NCBI RefSeq assembly: GCF_006345805.1
Contig: NC_043000.1
Location: 10,540,001-10,604,000, forward strand
Direction: 5' to 3'
Length of the DNA: 64,000 nucleotides
DNA from: Octopus sinensis
Lineage: Eukaryota
Every line of letters begins with the position of its first letter. The first letter of the stretch is position 1. The notes under the pieces were generated by a model, which saw nothing but the letters and a program-made list of their open reading frames with translations, searched no databases and was not told the DNA's origin. The position numbers and the translations under genes are program-made. Shown in pieces: positions 61,654 through 64,000 of this stretch.

Positions 61654-62514
61654 CTCCTTCTTTCCTGAGCATCCAGTAACACTATACTTGTTCCACGTCC
61701 TTGCGTTGTTGTGTTTTCTCTTAGTGTTTCATGTTTGGATTAACTATATATATATATATAGTTGCTTCGGAGACTGTTCAAATCAGCTTGCTGGCAGCTG
61801 ATATGGCCAATACAGGACAGACATACAGCAATATATCTATTTTTGCTGATTGGAATATGCTTTACTGAGGGGGTTTAATAAGATCAAAACATGTCTACTC
61901 TTTTCACTAGTTTCCTTTAAAGACAAGATTCACGCCTAATTACATAGACTATATTTTCTAAAATAATCTTTCTTTGATATTAGAATTACATCCTTTGTTT
62001 TTAGATTTTAAGCTACCCTAGAGGGAATTTTTGCCTACTTATTGTATGGATAGTTTCAGTTAGCTAAAGTTTTCTGACTTACTACATTATGTGAGACCCC
62101 ACATATTTTAGTATGCCAAAGGTATGTTCTCCTTGCCCTATTGTTGAGTTGATAATTGAGTTTGTATTTTTTTTTTTTTTTTACCACTGTACAAATATTT
62201 AATAAGCTTACACAATTACACCTCATTAATATACAAAAATAAAATAAACCAGTGTTCCAAGAATATCTTAATTGAAGTCTCTGTAAATCTGTAATGTTTT
62301 GTTCTAAAACTGGAATGCTATTTTTTAGTTTATTATGAATCTCTATGCTTCTAAAAACTAATTATCATTCGAGTAAAGCAGTAGAATTTGAGGAAACTAG
62401 TGATGTCCTCATCAGCAAATAGTAATTATTTGTCACATGACTTTCTTCAATCTTTCCTTTGTTTACTGACTCTCGTGTACAGAAAAATATTTCAAGTACC
62501 CAAATATATTTCAT

Positions 62515-63330
62515 AAGAGCACCATCCGAGCGTGATCGTTGCCAGAACAGCTAACTGGCTTCCGTGCGGTAGCATGTAAGAGGCACCATTCAAGCAGGAT
62601 CGTTACCAGCATTGCCTTACTGGCACCTGTGCCATTGGCATGTGTAAAAAGATTTGAGCGAGGTCGTTGCCAGTACCGCCTGACTGGCCCCCATGTCGGT
62701 GGCACATAAAAGCACCCACTACACTCTCGGAGTGGTTGGCATTAGGAAGGGCATCCAGCTGTAGAAACTCTGCCAGATCAAGACTGGAGCCTGGTGCAGC
62801 CATCTGGTTCACTAGCCCTCAGTCAAACCGTCCAACCCATGCTAGCATGGAAAGCAGACGTTAAATGATGATGATGATGAAGTGGTGTCCTGTATTTCAT
62901 ATTTTATACTAAAACAATGGTAAAAGTATATCCTTAACATAGCTGTATCATATCCAACAAATGGCCCTTTTCTTGACAGCCAGTATATTGCTTCCACATC
63001 TAGGATGCTGCTGCAATGGCAGACATGACCCATACTCCACTGCAGAAGTGTTAAGGCCACTTCCCAATGGTGAAGAAGACTGGCCTGCAAGAATCCTGTG
63101 CTGGTGCCATGTAAAAAAAGTACTCATGCCAGTGCCACATGAATGCGCTCGTGCAGTGCTACATGAAAGCACCCAGCACATTCTATAAAGTAGTTGGCGT
63201 TAGGAAGGGCATCCAGCTGTAGAAACAACTGCCAGATCAGACTGGAACCTGGTGCAGTTCTCCAGCTTACCAACTGTGGTCAAACTGTCCAACCCATGCC
63301 AACATGGAAAACAGATGTTAAATGATGATC
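62515..63330 (+). mobile_element. Two RTE 3'-end fragments with (GAT)n tails
   Basis: UTR copies end near 62880 and 63330. Confidence 0.8.
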
Positions 63331-63339
63331 ATCTCATCT

Positions 63340-63960
63340 CACTATTCAGAAAAGGCCACCTGACTGATTGATATAAAGCCTCTGGGCCCACAGATGTGCT
63401 GACCCTTCTCTCTACCTTTTCTAACCTTACTTTAATCACATCTGCTCTTTGCAACTGCCTGGACTTGTTCAACCTCTTAGTCCTTTCTCTGATCATCGCC
63501 CTTCTTTCCCAGAATATCATTCCTCTGGAATCCTCTCTTTGCTTACTAAACTAAAAGCATTTTCAGTATGTTACCTTTCTCTGTGTCATTCAATCACTAT
63601 TTGATGTATCTATCCCATTCCAATTTTTGTTTGATATATCTCTATCTCATCTGCCCTGTACTTCTGACACTTCACCTATTATGCTCTCATTATCAGTTCA
63701 GTTTTAGAAGTATTAGTTGGTTATTTTCACATTCATCTTTATATTTAGACCTCTTCTCAGCTTTGTACAGTAAATCCAATGGCTCATTCTATATGTTACT
63801 ATCCAACAATTGTATATATTCTAACTTTATTGCCTGAGATTCACTTCACAGCTTTTACTTACATTTCATTTGAACATCAACTACACCGATCCACATGTAG
63901 TAAAGGCCATCAATGCTGTGCCTCCTCTGAGCCAATCATTTTTAAAAATGTGTCCCTGTT
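63340..63960 (+). mobile_element. Possible decayed CR1/L2-group LINE fragment
   Basis: C/T-rich strand bias like 40780-41230. No clear motif. Confidence 0.25.
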
Positions 63961-64000
63961 ATACAGACAGAAGCTTTTTATTACTACTGTCAGAATCAGT

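Overview
AT-rich, repeat-saturated metazoan genomic DNA. The SINE families and microsatellite load suggest a cephalopod (Octopus-like) genome, which is inference only. No host protein-coding gene can be identified with confidence, and most listed ORFs are microsatellite or repeat artefacts. The window is a layered archive of mobile DNA: (1) at least four tRNA-headed SINE families; (2) 3' fragments of two RTE LINE families, plus CRE-clade, Penelope-like, CR1/L2-group and L1-like remnants; (3) three decayed Gypsy pol remnants, two of them split by solo LTRs of one ~1-kb family with 4-bp TSDs; (4) mariner and hAT transposase relics; (5) non-autonomous Helitron-like elements, including a head-to-tail array; (6) TTAA piggyBac-type MITEs; (7) six copies of a GG...CC foldback MITE, five with 8-bp TSDs, carrying a TTAGGG-type tract. 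The strongest candidates for follow-up are a complete type I hammerhead ribozyme (7853-7903, minus) in a ~245-bp (AT)n-flanked unit nested inside a SINE, the telomere-repeat MITE family, several perfect or near-perfect foldback hairpins, and a dimeric SINE with the same junction at two loci. All translations and alignments were done by eye, and no identities were computed.
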